Of a stretch of DNA of 40,365 nucleotides, positions 1 through 11,890 are shown in pieces (the first letter of the stretch is position 1; each line of letters opens with the position of its first letter). Below the pieces are notes generated by a model. It did not search any database and had not been told where the DNA came from. It saw only the letters and a program-made list of their open reading frames with translations. A program made the translations under genes and the position numbers. Origin of the DNA: Ministeria vibrans ATCC 50519 (lineage: Eukaryota > Protista > Filasterea); the NCBI GenBank assembly GCA_943704425.1, contig CALSCP010001204.1:1-40365 (forward strand), in the 5' to 3' direction.

Positions 1-41
1 CCACTGGTGTATCAGATTCGGGCAGAGCGCGGCTCTGATCC

Positions 42-103
<62 letters not shown>

Positions 104-270
104 ATTACGAGCGATTCTTCACGGTCCGCTCTTCGTCCGCTCTTACGTACCTTTCCAGAGGCGGCTCTTCGTGTCCGCGTCGGACTGTCCAGCACGGAGC
201 TGTGCTTTGACGGGGAAGCATGAAAGAGGCTCGGTAACTTGACGGGGTGGTGGTGCGAGTCGTGGGACAT
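1..270 (-). CDS. 5' end of unknown gene running off the window (exon1 270-151, intron 150-41, exon2 40-<1)
   Basis: ATG at 270 opens MSHDSHHHPVKLPSLF...ASGK. A GTACGT donor follows, then a (CT)n-rich intron ending CATTAG, then the frame stays open (DQSRALPESDTPV) to the window edge. No family recognised. Confidence 0.5.
46..100. repeat. (GA)n microsatellite (intronic)
   Basis: Direct perfect dinucleotide run. Confidence 0.95.
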
Positions 271-389
271 TGCAGGAATCTGAATGAACAAAGAGTCAAT
301 CAATTCAAATTCACACACACACACACACACATTTAAGTGATTTAACTTTTTTCAGTTCCCCCATTCACCATTGCCCCATTCTTTTTCGT

Positions 390-1415
390 ATGCCCCGACT
401 CGTGACTATTGCCTTGCTGTCCTGCTTCGTGGGCGGGTGTCTTGCGCGTACACCACTATAAACCTCCCGGTGAACTTCGCTCACTCTCTCCGTCTCTTCG
501 CAGGAGGCACCTGCAACGCGTTTGGCGATCCAGGGTGCGCCGACTACCCTCGAGGTCATCTTGGCGAGATGGGTGGCCACATGGATCCGCTGGTGAGTGA
601 AACCGTCGCGTATTGTCACATTCCAACTGCCCATTCTTCGCACAGCCTCCTCCCGACGAAATTGACTATGTGCCGTCGCCAATGGAGTTCCACGAGCGCT
701 GGGTAAGCCAGCACCGGCCGGTGGTGATGCGCGGCGGCTGCAAACACATGCCGGCGTATCGCAAGTGGACGGACGAGTACCTCAGCAACACGCACGGCGA
801 CTTGATGGTCACGTACGAGGACCGCAAGGTCGAAAACCGCACGCTCGGCGGCGGTGGCGAGATGCGGCTGGACAAGTTTCTCAGGACATACAAGGAGGAC
901 GACGTAAGAAGGAAGTGCGAGCGTTTGCTGTCGTGTCTCAATGAGTGTTTCGATTGTGTCGCAGCTGTACCTTGTCATTGGACTACCGCAAGAGCTCGCT
1001 CACGACGTCGTCGTGCCCCCCATGATGCAGTGTCTCAAATCACTTGCCCACCTCAGCGAAATCAACATGTGGTTCAGCAGCGGCGGAACACGCTCGGTCC
1101 TTCACATGGACGACAACGAAAACATCCTCAACATCATCGATGGCCAAAAGAAGCTCATTCTCATTCCGGCTGACGAGGTCCACAACACCCACTGCGACGA
1201 CCACAAGATTCACGGGACTTCCCCAGTCGAAGTCCGCAAGGTTGATTTGGTACGAGACCCCAAAAGACAAAAGATTTGTGGTTGAGTAAGCATTCCCTTC
1301 ATTTGTGCACGACAGGTTCGGTTTCCCCGTTTCCAAAAGCTGAAATACCACTCAGTGACACTCAACGCAGGCGATTCGCTCTATATTCCGCACGGATGGT
1401 GGCATCAGGTGCGTA

Positions 1416-1478
<63 letters not shown>

Positions 1479-2613
1479 AATCTAAAAGAGGTATTCTCCT
1501 GTCAATTGGTGTTTTGCACAATCTCTGGCTTTAGGTGGACTCTTTCAATCGTAATGTCGCTTGCAACTTTTGGTGGAGCCTGCACTCTGAGCCGGAAGGG
1601 ATCAAGTGGGGATTGTACCATGGGAAAGAGATTGCGCCCAAGCAGTCGGCGGTGCAGGATGTGTATATGGAGTTCTTTGACGCAGTCGGAAGGGGGAAGA
1701 ATCGTAAGAGACCGAGAATGGCTGTACATGTGTGTGACCGTGCTACAGAGAGAGAGGGTGGGGAAAGAAGAAACAAAGTGAGAGAGAGGAGGGGGAAAGA
1801 ATAAACAAAGTGAGAGAGAGGAGGGGGAAAGAAGAAACAAAGTGTGAGAGAGGAGGGGAAAGAAAGTGTGTGTGAGAGAGAAGCAGAGCGTATGCGCAGA
1901 GAACTGGAAATTGAGACCAAAAACATGTGCATGTATGTATGTATGTGTGTGGATTGAGTGAGTGAGAGGGTTAACGAATAGAGGCAGCGAGAGAGAAAAT
2001 CGTGGGTTACGAGTTCCATTTCAATCTAGTTTTATGTTTCACTCTCTATCACTCTCTCACTCTTTCATACACTCTATCACTTTCCCTTCTTTCTTTCTCC
2101 CTCTCTGACTGACTTTGTGTGTTTTGTACCCTGTAGCGTGCACTGATATTGACAATGAGGAATTTGCTGCAGAGGCAAAACTCGACAAAATGTTCACTTT
2201 GAAGGATTTGAGATCACTGGTAAGCATATCTTTGATACACTAAATTGTTCCATTCAGAATTATGTTGGTTCTTTTTCACTGTATAAACTGTCGCTTTGTG
2301 ATATCCACTCACAAATATCTCTGTCTCATCGTATTCTGATTGACACTCACACTCACTTTTGTCTCGCACACTCACACACATACTATATGTGTAGAAACTA
2401 AGTGTAGCGGCTGAACTGGTGCGTCAAACATACCCGTGGGACGACATCCCACTGGAGAGCAGCAGTGGGGAGGAGGATGGTGATGAAGATCTCGCGTACC
2501 GAGGACTGGGCAAGACATTTGGGTTTGGCTTGGACGAGCGATGGTCGGCCGAGAAGGAGGCAGAGTGGGTCAGACGTGACCAGGAACGCACCCGCACGGT
2601 GTTGGGACTCTGA
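390..2613 (+). CDS. JmjC/cupin_8 family Fe(II)/2-oxoglutarate oxygenase with N-terminal signal peptide (about 8 exons)
   Basis: Spliced reading: MPRLVTIALLSCFVGGCLA (hydrophobic leader), then RPVVMRG, KWTDEYL, MWFSSGGTRSVLHMDDNEN (HxD), GDSLYIPHGWWHQV (distal His) and NVACNFWW. GT-AG introns are phase-consistent through to TGA 2611-2613. Confidence 0.85.
1750..1880 (+). repeat. Purine-rich ~30 bp minisatellite containing GAAACAAAGTGA, in JmjC intron
   Basis: 3-4 imperfect copies of GAGAGAGGAGGGGGAAAGAAGAAACAAAGTG. Confidence 0.8.
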
Positions 2614-2625
2614 TTTTCAGACTCA

Positions 2626-2675
<50 letters not shown>

Positions 2676-2748
2676 CACTTTCTTTCTCTTTTTGTTGACA
2701 CTTTTTAGTCTGTGAGTACATTCGCTATATTCAGTGTGTGGGTGTGTG

Positions 2749-4510
2749 TTAAAAGGGCGATTCTGACTCGGCAATGGATGTTTGGCCGTCTGGGAAGTAC
2801 TTCTGAAGGGGCAGAGGGATGTCAATAAAGAGCTTTCCGTCGTCCGAAGTGCGTTGGTGGGTCTCAATGAGGGCAACAAGCAGACGTGCAGGGGCACACG
2901 CTGTGCCATTGACTGTATGTGCGAGCTGTTTTGACTCGCCACTGCCAAATAGACAGAACGAGTGTGTGAGATTGTTGTTTCTATCTCTTTCTCTTTGTTG
3001 TTACTCAAAGTATTGGATCTTGAGACGACGCGCCTGATAGTCAGTGCAGTTGGACGCACTTGTGATCTACACAACAACGCATCACCCTCAGCACAGTTTC
3101 TCAATCTATGGCTCTCTTATTCTCTCTTCCTTTGTTCCTCTCCATTGCTTTGTTTTTTTTCTGTCTCTCTCTCTTTCTCGCTTTGAATTGCTTACTTCGC
3201 CGTATGCTTTGCGTGCGGGCATCCATGCTTCAAGATCGTACTTGTGGTAGGCGGGTGCGCCGCAGTCGAGCGAGTTGACCTCCAACACGCGATAGGCAAT
3301 CCCCAACGACTGCACAAACTGCTCCTGCAGTGCCACAATGTGTGCCAGTGCCGCTTCTGACGCCTCAACATCGTTGGTGACCACCGAGAACGCCTCGACT
3401 TTCTGAAACTGGTGTGTGCGGTAGAGCCCGACGACATCGCGCCCGTACGCACCAGCCTCGGCGCGGAAGCAGCTGCTGACCGCTACTACATTGCGTGGGA
3501 CTGTCACGGCCCCTACGCGCCCTTTGTTTGCGCTTGCCGCAACCATATCTGTGCGGTTGCTAAACATGCCTGCCAGAACCACTTCCGAAGTGGCCGTGAG
3601 TTGCTTTTTGATGCGTGGAATGTTGTACTGTTCCGATTCGGCGTCGCGAGGAGCGTAGCCGCAGCCACGCGAGACAAACGGATGGACAATGGAAGGCACG
3701 GAGGCCATGGCAAAGCCGTGCGACGACCAGAACGAGAGAGCATAATGGATGAGGGCTTGCTCAAGGAGAGCACCATCGTTGACGAGCGAGAAGAAGCGTG
3801 TTCCCGAGACAAGTGCCGAGCGCCGGAAGTCGGCCAGTCCGGCGCCTTGGCAAATCAGATCGTGTTCCTTAAGTCCCTCACTCTCGCGGTGTGTGCCCCA
3901 CGTCGACACAACGCGTGCCTTGTCGCTGTTGCCAAGCGGCACGTCGGGGTGCAGTTCGTTAGGCACCTCGAAGGCGGCGTCCTCAAAGGCCTCGCGTGCC
4001 TGTGCGCGCTCCACCTTGTACTTCTTCACTGCCACTTTCACGGCACGCGTCAGCTCGCGCGCCTTCTCCTTCGACCGATCCAGAGCAACCGAGTTGGGCG
4101 AGAACAGGTCTGAAGTCTCCTTGTGGATCTGATCCTTCTCCTCTTGCGCTGTCTGCAAGTGAGCCAAATGCGACTTCATCACCACCACAGTCCTTTGACA
4201 CAGACACATCGCATACCTCAAAGCGCACCTCCGCCTGCGCAGCCTCTTCACACTTCCTGACGACATCCTGTGCCGCAGCACTGGCCTCCTGCGTCCCTTT
4301 CCCACGCGCGTGAAAGAGCGTTTTGATTTTGTCGAAATCGCGGTAGAGCGACTCGGGAGCAAAGAGCGGAAGAGGCTCCTGAGGCAGTCGCGAGCGCACC
4401 TGCGGGATCGATTCCTTCTTGATCCACTTGGGAGACGCTGCTCGACGACTGGGAGCCGCGATGCTGCTGTACGCTCGCCTGGCCAGCCACAGCGTTTGCG
4501 TTTTGTTCAT
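2749..4510 (-). CDS. SARS2: Seryl-tRNA synthetase, mitochondrial type (4 exons)
   Basis: Class II SerRS motifs VPNELHPDVP, LTATSE, SSCFRAEAG...GLYRTHQFQKVE, GAPAYHKYDLEAWMP, ITSASNCTDYQARRL and HTVNGTACA. The N-terminus MNKTQTLWLARRAYSS resembles an Arg-rich mitochondrial presequence. Confidence 0.92.
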
Positions 4511-4524
4511 CACCAGTCAAAAAT

Positions 4525-4554
4525 AATAAAAATAATAATGAATAATGAATAAAA

Positions 4555-4620
<66 letters not shown>
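4525..4620. repeat. (AAT)n microsatellite
   Basis: Long AAT run upstream of SARS2. Confidence 0.95.
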
Positions 4621-4621
<1 letters not shown>

Positions 4622-4869
4622 TGTAGTATTATGATTATTTATTTTCTTATTAATGATTGTTTTATTTAATATCCTTGAGTACACTTTTTACTTCATTAAT
4701 TAATCGTAATAATCGTAATCATGAAGTACACCTCTGCTCGATTCTCTATTTATTTTGTTTCAAATTGCGTTCATGTTTTGGTTTATTAAAAGCCAGACTT
4801 ACTTTTTGCGATGCGACTATAATACAAGAAAGGCAAAAATCAGAAAGAAAAGAAACATGAACAAAATCA

Positions 4870-7424
4870 TCATACCTTTCCCTCCTTCTCTTTCCTCTTT
4901 TTGACATGTTTCTTAATCTTGTTCTCGCGCTTCTCCTTTCGCTCCGCTTTGACAGCTTTCTTGTGTGCCTTGCGATCCACCTCGTCTTCTTCGGTCACTC
5001 TGTCCTTTGGGTGCACATACTCTTCTTCTTCTTCTTCGTCTTCGTCTTCTTCTTCTTCATCATCAGACTCATCCTCCTCTTCATCTTCGTCTGCCTCACT
5101 CGCTGCCTTCTCTTGTGTTGTCTTGCGCTGCAGGAGCTCTGGCTCCGCCTGTGGACCCGAAAAGTCCCCTTTAAGACCCGTCAGTTCACTGTACACCATC
5201 TGGAGACCCAAAGAGACGACAGGTGAGTCAGAGAGTGGACTGATTCGAATAAGTATAAGACTTACGTCTTGAGTGTCGTGCTGGGTTGCGCGATCAATGT
5301 CCCGCTCATAGTCAATAACCTCATTGAGAGTGCGTGGGATGAACACTTGCTGGAACACAGCAGCCTAACCACCAGACATGATGTGTTGTGAGTGCTTTTT
5401 TAATGAGGAAGTGTAATGTATGTGATGTGTGTCGTACGTCAATGTCCGCCTTGGCCTGTTCCTTCTCCTCCAACTCGGGTTCTTCACTCTCAATCTGATC
5501 CTTCATCTACACACCCCAATACTCATTATTATCACTTTGTTTCTCGATCTCGCTTTGTTTCTCGATATCGCTTTGATTCTCGATATCGCTTTGATTCTCG
5601 ATATCGCTTTGTTTCTCTCTGTCTTATCACTTCGGTCTTTTTCTCTTATTTCTCTCCCTCTCTCTCACACTGTTTCTTTCTCCCTCATTCCTCTATCCTT
5701 CCTTTCTCTCTCTGTTTCTCTATCAATATGGTTCGTACTCGATCGAGATACTCATCCACTCGTTCGTCCTTGAGCGCAATGTCAGTGATAAACGTGAACA
5801 ACTGACGCACACTCATTGTGCGCACTGACTGTCGCGCAAAAAAGTCTGCAAAAGTGGATCGTTGAGTAAAAGTGAGGCGTTGAGTAAAAGTGAGACGTTG
5901 AGTAAAAGTGAGTCAATGGGTGAAAAGTGAGTCTCCGTGGCTTTTGAGTAGTGATACCATTGACATTCTGACAGTCCATTCGGAGAAATTCGAGTGAGTT
6001 TGGGTGATCATGTTCGACAGACTGAGACACGTCAATGAAATAGAGAACACCCTTGTAAAGTCTAAGAGGAAGGGAACGAGGAGAGATGAGTGGGTGAGGG
6101 ATAGTAGAGTTGGAATGAGTGATTAAAAATGAGTATAAAAAAACTGAGCAAGTCAGATTGAACTTACAGCATGTTGTACTCTGAGAGGTCGGCATGGACG
6201 AGCTTGCAGTGGTGGTACATGGTGCGCATGTGCCGGATACAGTCAACATACAGCTCACGCGCCTTGTCTGTGCTCACTGACGCATCCTTCAGACGCGGTG
6301 CCGCCCTGACAATAACCCAATTGTGAGTGGTGCCACCGACACTTAAACACACTCAAAGGCACTTTGACGCACTCGAACACACTCAAAAACACACTCAAAC
6401 ACACTCACAATCTCTCGCTCCTCTACAGTCTCATGTTGTGTTTTACCATCCGTCTTTTCCAATGAATCGCATTGCGAGAACGTGTGAGCGCAGCAAAACT
6501 GGCTCAGGACACGGAATTCCCGCGTGCCTCAACCTATACACATCAAAAGTTCGAAATGGACATATTACTTTCCCTCTCTCCTTCTCTTGGACTGACCTGT
6601 TGAGGTTTCTGTACTCCTTCTCCGCCCACAATTTGACCATTTTACGCGGGTTGTTCTTGCAGTAGCCATTGCGGAAGCGAAACTCGCCCGTCACATAGCG
6701 ATCGCGGTCTTTGAACACCAAAATCGATGTCTTGTACACTTTGATGGCAAACTCTTCGCCTGTGTCCTCCTACCACCACGACACACACACACACACACAC
6801 AGTCAGTCTTCCGCTCGATAGACTCTCGTTTCCGCTTACGTTGTGTGCATGGTACACGTTGGCCTCCTTTCCCGTGCTTACACATCCGTTGACGTCCGAC
6901 ACCAGTCCACGCGATATCATTTTGAACAGAATCATGCGAGTGCGCGGGTCGAGCACTTGCTCCACCGTCGCACGGTCTGCTTTGTCCGTGTTACGTCGCC
7001 GCGCCGCCTCCGTGCGCTTCTCCGCCGCCTCCACTCGATTTGTCGCCGAACCGGTGAATCGTTCGACGTGCACGCGCGCTCCAAATTTCGCCGACAGTTT
7101 CGCGCTCGTTGCGCCCGACTCACCGGCGCTCACACTGCCCTTCGCCTTCGCAACGCCCCCTCGCGCGTTCGGGGCTTGTACACCGCCGCGTGCAGCGTTT
7201 ATTCTCTTGGAAAAGTCGCCCGTTTGCCCACTCCAGTCGGCCGACGCCCACGCCAACTCGCGCTCGTCGTCCTCGTCGAAGCCGTCGTCGTCGTCGTCGT
7301 CCTCCCCCTCGCCATAGTCGTAGTACTCTTCGCCCTCCCCGTCCACCGCCGCGGGCGCCGCCTCGACCTCGCTGCTGGCGGCCACGGCAGTGTCTACAGC
7401 GCAATCCTCAAATTGTCCTTCCAT
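4870..7424 (-). CDS. RIOK1: RIO1 atypical Ser/Thr kinase (40S maturation), about 9 exons
   Basis: [96 protein letters not shown], and a Lys-rich tail [12 protein letters not shown]. Confidence 0.96.
5532..5618. repeat. 18 bp tandem repeat (TCGCTTTG[T/A]TTCTCGATA) x~4-5 in RIO1 intron
   Basis: Direct inspection. Confidence 0.9.
5860..5914. repeat. 18 bp tandem repeat (CGTTGAGTAAAAGTGAGR) x3 in RIO1 intron
   Basis: Direct inspection. Confidence 0.85.
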
Positions 7425-7566
7425 CGAGCAATAAAATTAATTCTGATTGGGAAATCTTAAATTTTACGCAATAATATTCTTGGGATATTTCGATCAATTC
7501 GCCTTGTGGCAATGGTAAACAGAAATAAAAAACAAGGACGAATCAATGTTACGTGTATAACATATT

Positions 7567-8905
7567 TTACACAACGACGGTGGCGTCGGGAAGATAGTCG
7601 GGAAGGGACAGTCGGACGGGCACATCTGGATGGGACTCGAGACGAGCGTCCCTCTGGCGCGCCCCATGGAAGTGCTTGAGACGGACCATGGCAATAGCGT
7701 GGGACCCTGCTGTGCTGCGCACCCGTCCAAGCGTCTCGCCCGTCTGCGCACACACCAATGCTGTGTCTGTTGAGTCCATTGTTGCCCCATTGCTGAGTGT
7801 CGCGACAACAAGTCGTTTGCGGATTGTCCCTTGGTAGTGCGTGCGTGCCGTCAGCTCTTGGCCCAAGTAACACCCTTTCGTCAGTGACTCTGTACATGCA
7901 CAACCCCGTGTTATTCTTGACTTTTTCTCTCTCCATCACTTTGTTCTCTCTCTCTATCACTTTGTTTCTCTCTCTCCATCACTTTGTTTCTCTCTCTCTA
8001 TCACTTTGTTTCTCTCTCTCTATCACTGTGTTTCTCTCTCTCTTTCACGTTGTTTCTCTCTCTCTATCACTTTGTTTCTCTCTCTCTTTCACTTTGTTTC
8101 TCTCTCTCTTTCACTTTGTTTCTCTCTCTCTATCACTTTGTTTCTCTCTCTAAAATACCCAAACTCTCTCACTCACTTACGTCCATTGAGATAATCAAAG
8201 TTACACTCGGAAGGAAATGACTTTTCCGAGGGAATGTCGGTAGTGCCTTCGGGAACACCCAGGGAAATGCGGTGGATGTGGTAGTCAGTTTCGCTCTCGG
8301 CAATGGTCACGTCGCTTGGTAGCTTCGCCGTTTCCCACACTGCTCGATGGCCCATTTGCGCCAGTCGGGGATCCTGTGTACTCGCCAGTGACGAAGCTGT
8401 GGGAAGCGACAGAGCCGCGTCGCCTGCGCTGGCGACGACAGTGCACCTGTCGGTTATGTCGTCGATGGTGACCTTCATGCGCAGTCGGTACCTGCGCAGA
8501 TGCTTGGCGAGCGCCTCGGCAATGGTGCTTGGGCATTCGAGGTACATGTGGGTGGGAATGGCCAGACGCAGCAGCTTCTCCTGCGAGCCCTTGCCCACGT
8601 CCATCGCATGCATGGCAAAGGCATTGGGGTCTGCGTCGCGGTAGACCAGCGCGTCGCATATCAGGCGCCCGTTGTGTGTCAGCAGACCCGTGAAGAGTGC
8701 CGCGTCCACCTGCCGCACCTCGTCGAGGCTCTCCGCCGCCAACTGGCGCATGTCGTTCGCAACAAGGCCCTGCCAACCAAACGCCAGCAAGTGGTCAGTG
8801 CGCCCCTCTCATTCACCCTCGCCCCACCTGTAAATATTGCCACGCATCGCGCCCTCCTATCCGAAGGATCGACCTAGAGGTGAGTCTTGCAACGAAGGAG
8901 CTCAT
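7567..8905 (-). CDS. IBA57: IBA57/CAF17 (YgfZ/GcvT family) mitochondrial Fe-S assembly factor, 3 exons
   Basis: MSSFVARLTSRSILRIGGRDAWQYLQ|GLVAND, LTHNGRLICD, DPRLAQMG, YHIHRISLGVPEG, and the signature KGCYLGQELTARTHYQG. Confidence 0.92.
7930..8152. repeat. ~20-22 bp minisatellite (TATCACTTTGTTTCTCTCTCTC) x~10 in IBA57 intron
   Basis: Direct inspection. Confidence 0.92.
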
Positions 8906-9028
8906 CGCATACAAATCAATGAATAGAAAGAATAAAAAATCTATCAATGAATAAATCAATGAAGTTCAGATGAGAGAATTTTTTCAATTTTGACTTTTGT
9001 ATTTAAACTATTATTGATTTTTCATATT

Positions 9029-9435
9029 ATGACGTCTTCGATTGCGACCAGCTTGAGGGACGCAAATAGATTAGTGGAGACGGGCGAGTATGACGCGGCA
9101 CTGGCCGACTACGAGCGCATCTTAAAACTGGTACGATAAAACACGATTGCGCCTTGGTGGGCCTTTGCTCAGCCCCTCCTGCTGCTCCTAGGCATCCGGC
9201 GACGAAATCAAGCTTGTCCTGTACAACCGTGGGGTGTGCTACGCCATGAGCGGTGCGCAGGAGGCGGCTCTGCATGATTTCCAGGAGTGTCTCAAAGGAG
9301 TCACTCCAAAAGGAGCCGTCTACCGCGCCCGCTTTGCCCAGGCCAACCTGCACCTCGCCCGCGGCCAGTACTGGGAGGCCATTGAGGTGCGCGTCCTTCC
9401 CTCTCTCACACACACACATCAATTTGATCATCAAA

Positions 9436-9468
<33 letters not shown>

Positions 9469-11235
9469 GAATTACCGATCTTGTCGTTTGGACCCCTCAC
9501 GCGCACGCAATGCGCATGCGCCCCGTTCTCGTGGGTGGAGGGGCTGCACGGTGCGCTGCTGGCGCATCAGGGGCGTGTGCAGTGCCGTGTGTGACTTGTG
9601 GGAGCGCGTCGTGCCCAACGGCGAGTGCCGACTGTTTAGCCCTCTCGTTCTCTTATCACGCACTCCACTCTGCTTCGCAGTGGGATCCTTTGCGCCCTCT
9701 GCTTCCGTGTAGCCCTTTTCGACCGTTTTTCACTGCGTCTGCTCCCATCTTGTGTCGTTTTTCACAGTATTTCCTAAACGTTTCTTTCGTTCTTTTTTTG
9801 TGTGTGTGTGTGTAACAGAGTTGTGATGCCGTCCTCAAAATATACGCTGCCCACCGCGAGGCCATGCTCAACCGCTCGACGGCATTGTTGCGGTTGAACA
9901 AGTTACAAGACGCCATGATTGTTCTGGACACCTTGTGTGCACAGTGTCCTGACTACGCGTACGCCTTCAACAACCGCGGGACGGTTGCTGCCGAAATGGG
10001 CAAGCTGGAGGATGCCGAGCGCGACTTTCACCGTGCCACCGAGATCGACCGTCTCTACGCTGCTCCCTACTACAACCTCGGCAACATTCGTGTGCGGCAA
10101 AAGCTGTTACTGCGCGCTATTGCCGACTACAGTGCAGCCATTGAGCGCGACCGCAAACACACGCGTGCCCTCTACAACCGCGGGCAGACGTACGCCATTA
10201 CCAACCGCAACGAACAGGCCATCGAAGACTTTTCATCGCTCATTCGCATCACTCCTATGGACAAGGAGGCGTACATGGCCAGAGCAAAGGTATAATAATT
10301 ATATAAAAATAATAATAATAATAATAATAATATTTTTTATTATTAATAATAATATTATTATTATTAATAATAATAAATCTACACACCGCAAACCTCACTT
10401 TTTTTTCTTTCTTTTTTTCTAGTCATTTTGGTCGTTAAAGAGAGCGGAGGAGGCAACGCGAGACTTGAAGACGGCGGTGAGCATCGAGCCGGGGTATACT
10501 GAGGCATACATTGAGCGAGGGCGGATTGCACTGGCGTGTCGACAACTGGAAGATGCACTGAGAGACTTTGAGAAGGCATGTTCGGTGGACGAGCGGTGTG
10601 CTGAGGGATGGATGCTGCGAGCGCAGGTGGAGGTGCGACAGGGCAAGGCGGATGATGCAGTCAGGCACGCGGAGAAGGCGTTGGAGGCACGGCCGTCCGA
10701 TGCGGGTTTGCTCTCCCGCTATGCTGCCATTTTGCTGGTACTCGGACGCAACGAGAAGTCGGTCGAGATTGCACGCAAAGCAGTGCTCATTAACACGAGG
10801 CTTAAAGTGACGTACCTGCTGCTGGGGTGTGCGCTGGAACGTATTGACGACCGTGATACGGCCATCAAGGTGTACACGCAGGCGGTCGACACCGACCCAA
10901 CGTTCGCCGTGGCCTACGCCTACCGCGCCAACGCCCTCAACGCGGCAGGGCACTTCGCCGACGCTATTAAGGATTACAACCGCGCGGCGCGTCTCGAGCC
11001 CCGCGATGGAATCACCTACCTCAACCGAGCGACCGCCAAGGTCAACGCGTACGACTACAAGGACGCCCTCGAGGACTTTGACCGCGCTCTCACCTTCATT
11101 CCCGACGACCCCGAGGTCGATTCCCGCCGTCGTCGGTGTGCCGTCATGGCCAAGAACCCCAAAAGGTCCCGTCGCCAGTCCATCGGTTCCTGGCCTGCCG
11201 TTCCTCTCGACGTTGCCCGTCTCGACGTCATTTAG
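9029..11235 (+). CDS. Tetratricopeptide-repeat protein (exons 9029-9130, 9192-9386, 9819-10289, 10423-11235)
   Basis: Tandem TPR consensus throughout (AFNNRG, YYNLG, ALYNRG, AYIERG, AYAYRA, TYLNRA ... A..DF..A...P). All splice junctions are phase 0. Confidence 0.9.
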
Positions 11236-11890
11236 TGTTGTGTCTATGTGTGTGTGGTTTTTTAATTCTTTTTTTTTGTACATAAGAATAATAATTATAA
11301 TAATTTGTTCACTCCCGAACACGACTCGCTATTAAAGAGGAGGTCACGACATCGCATTGTTACAAGACTTGAGATACAAGTTCTTGTGTTTAAAAAATTA
11401 ATTCGCTTCACGTCCAAAACGGCTCTTTTATTTTAGTCTAGTTTACTCTTTGCTTGCATACGCCTTAGTGTGTTGAATGCCAAATACTCAAACCACCAAA
11501 TTTTTTAAGGTTCCGACAATAAAGAAATATGCATCTGCAATCTTCCAAATTGAAATATTTTCGCGTAGTATCAATTATAAAAGCTCAAAATTGTTGTTGT
11601 TATTCGCGTGTTACCGTGTTTTTTTGAATTTTGTTTGTCAAGAACTTACTATCAGGCGAAAATTAATCATGTAAATATTCACTTTACACAGCTTAATGGA
11701 TTGAATACAGCTTATTTGAATTTCGCCTCCAAAGCTGTTAACGACGCTTAAATCGAACTAATCGCGTATTAAATAATAATCTAGATATCTATTATGCATC
11801 ATTATGATGATAATTAAAAATATAATAATAATAATAATTATTATTATATTTTAATTGTGTAAAAAAAAATTAATGAGTATTAATTAATAC

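Noticed and set aside
160-234. Plus-strand pseudo-exon with in-frame TGA (selenocysteine?)
   Set aside because: No redox motif or SECIS seen. The region is better explained as exon 1 of a minus-strand gene.
4193-4216. Possible 24-nt ultra-short intron in SARS2
   Set aside because: Using the downstream acceptor TTGCAG (about 4154) restores the SerRS frame; the short version does not.
5532-8152. Regular 18-22 bp repeats as a CRISPR-like array
   Set aside because: No unique spacers, low complexity, located in eukaryotic introns, and no cas genes.
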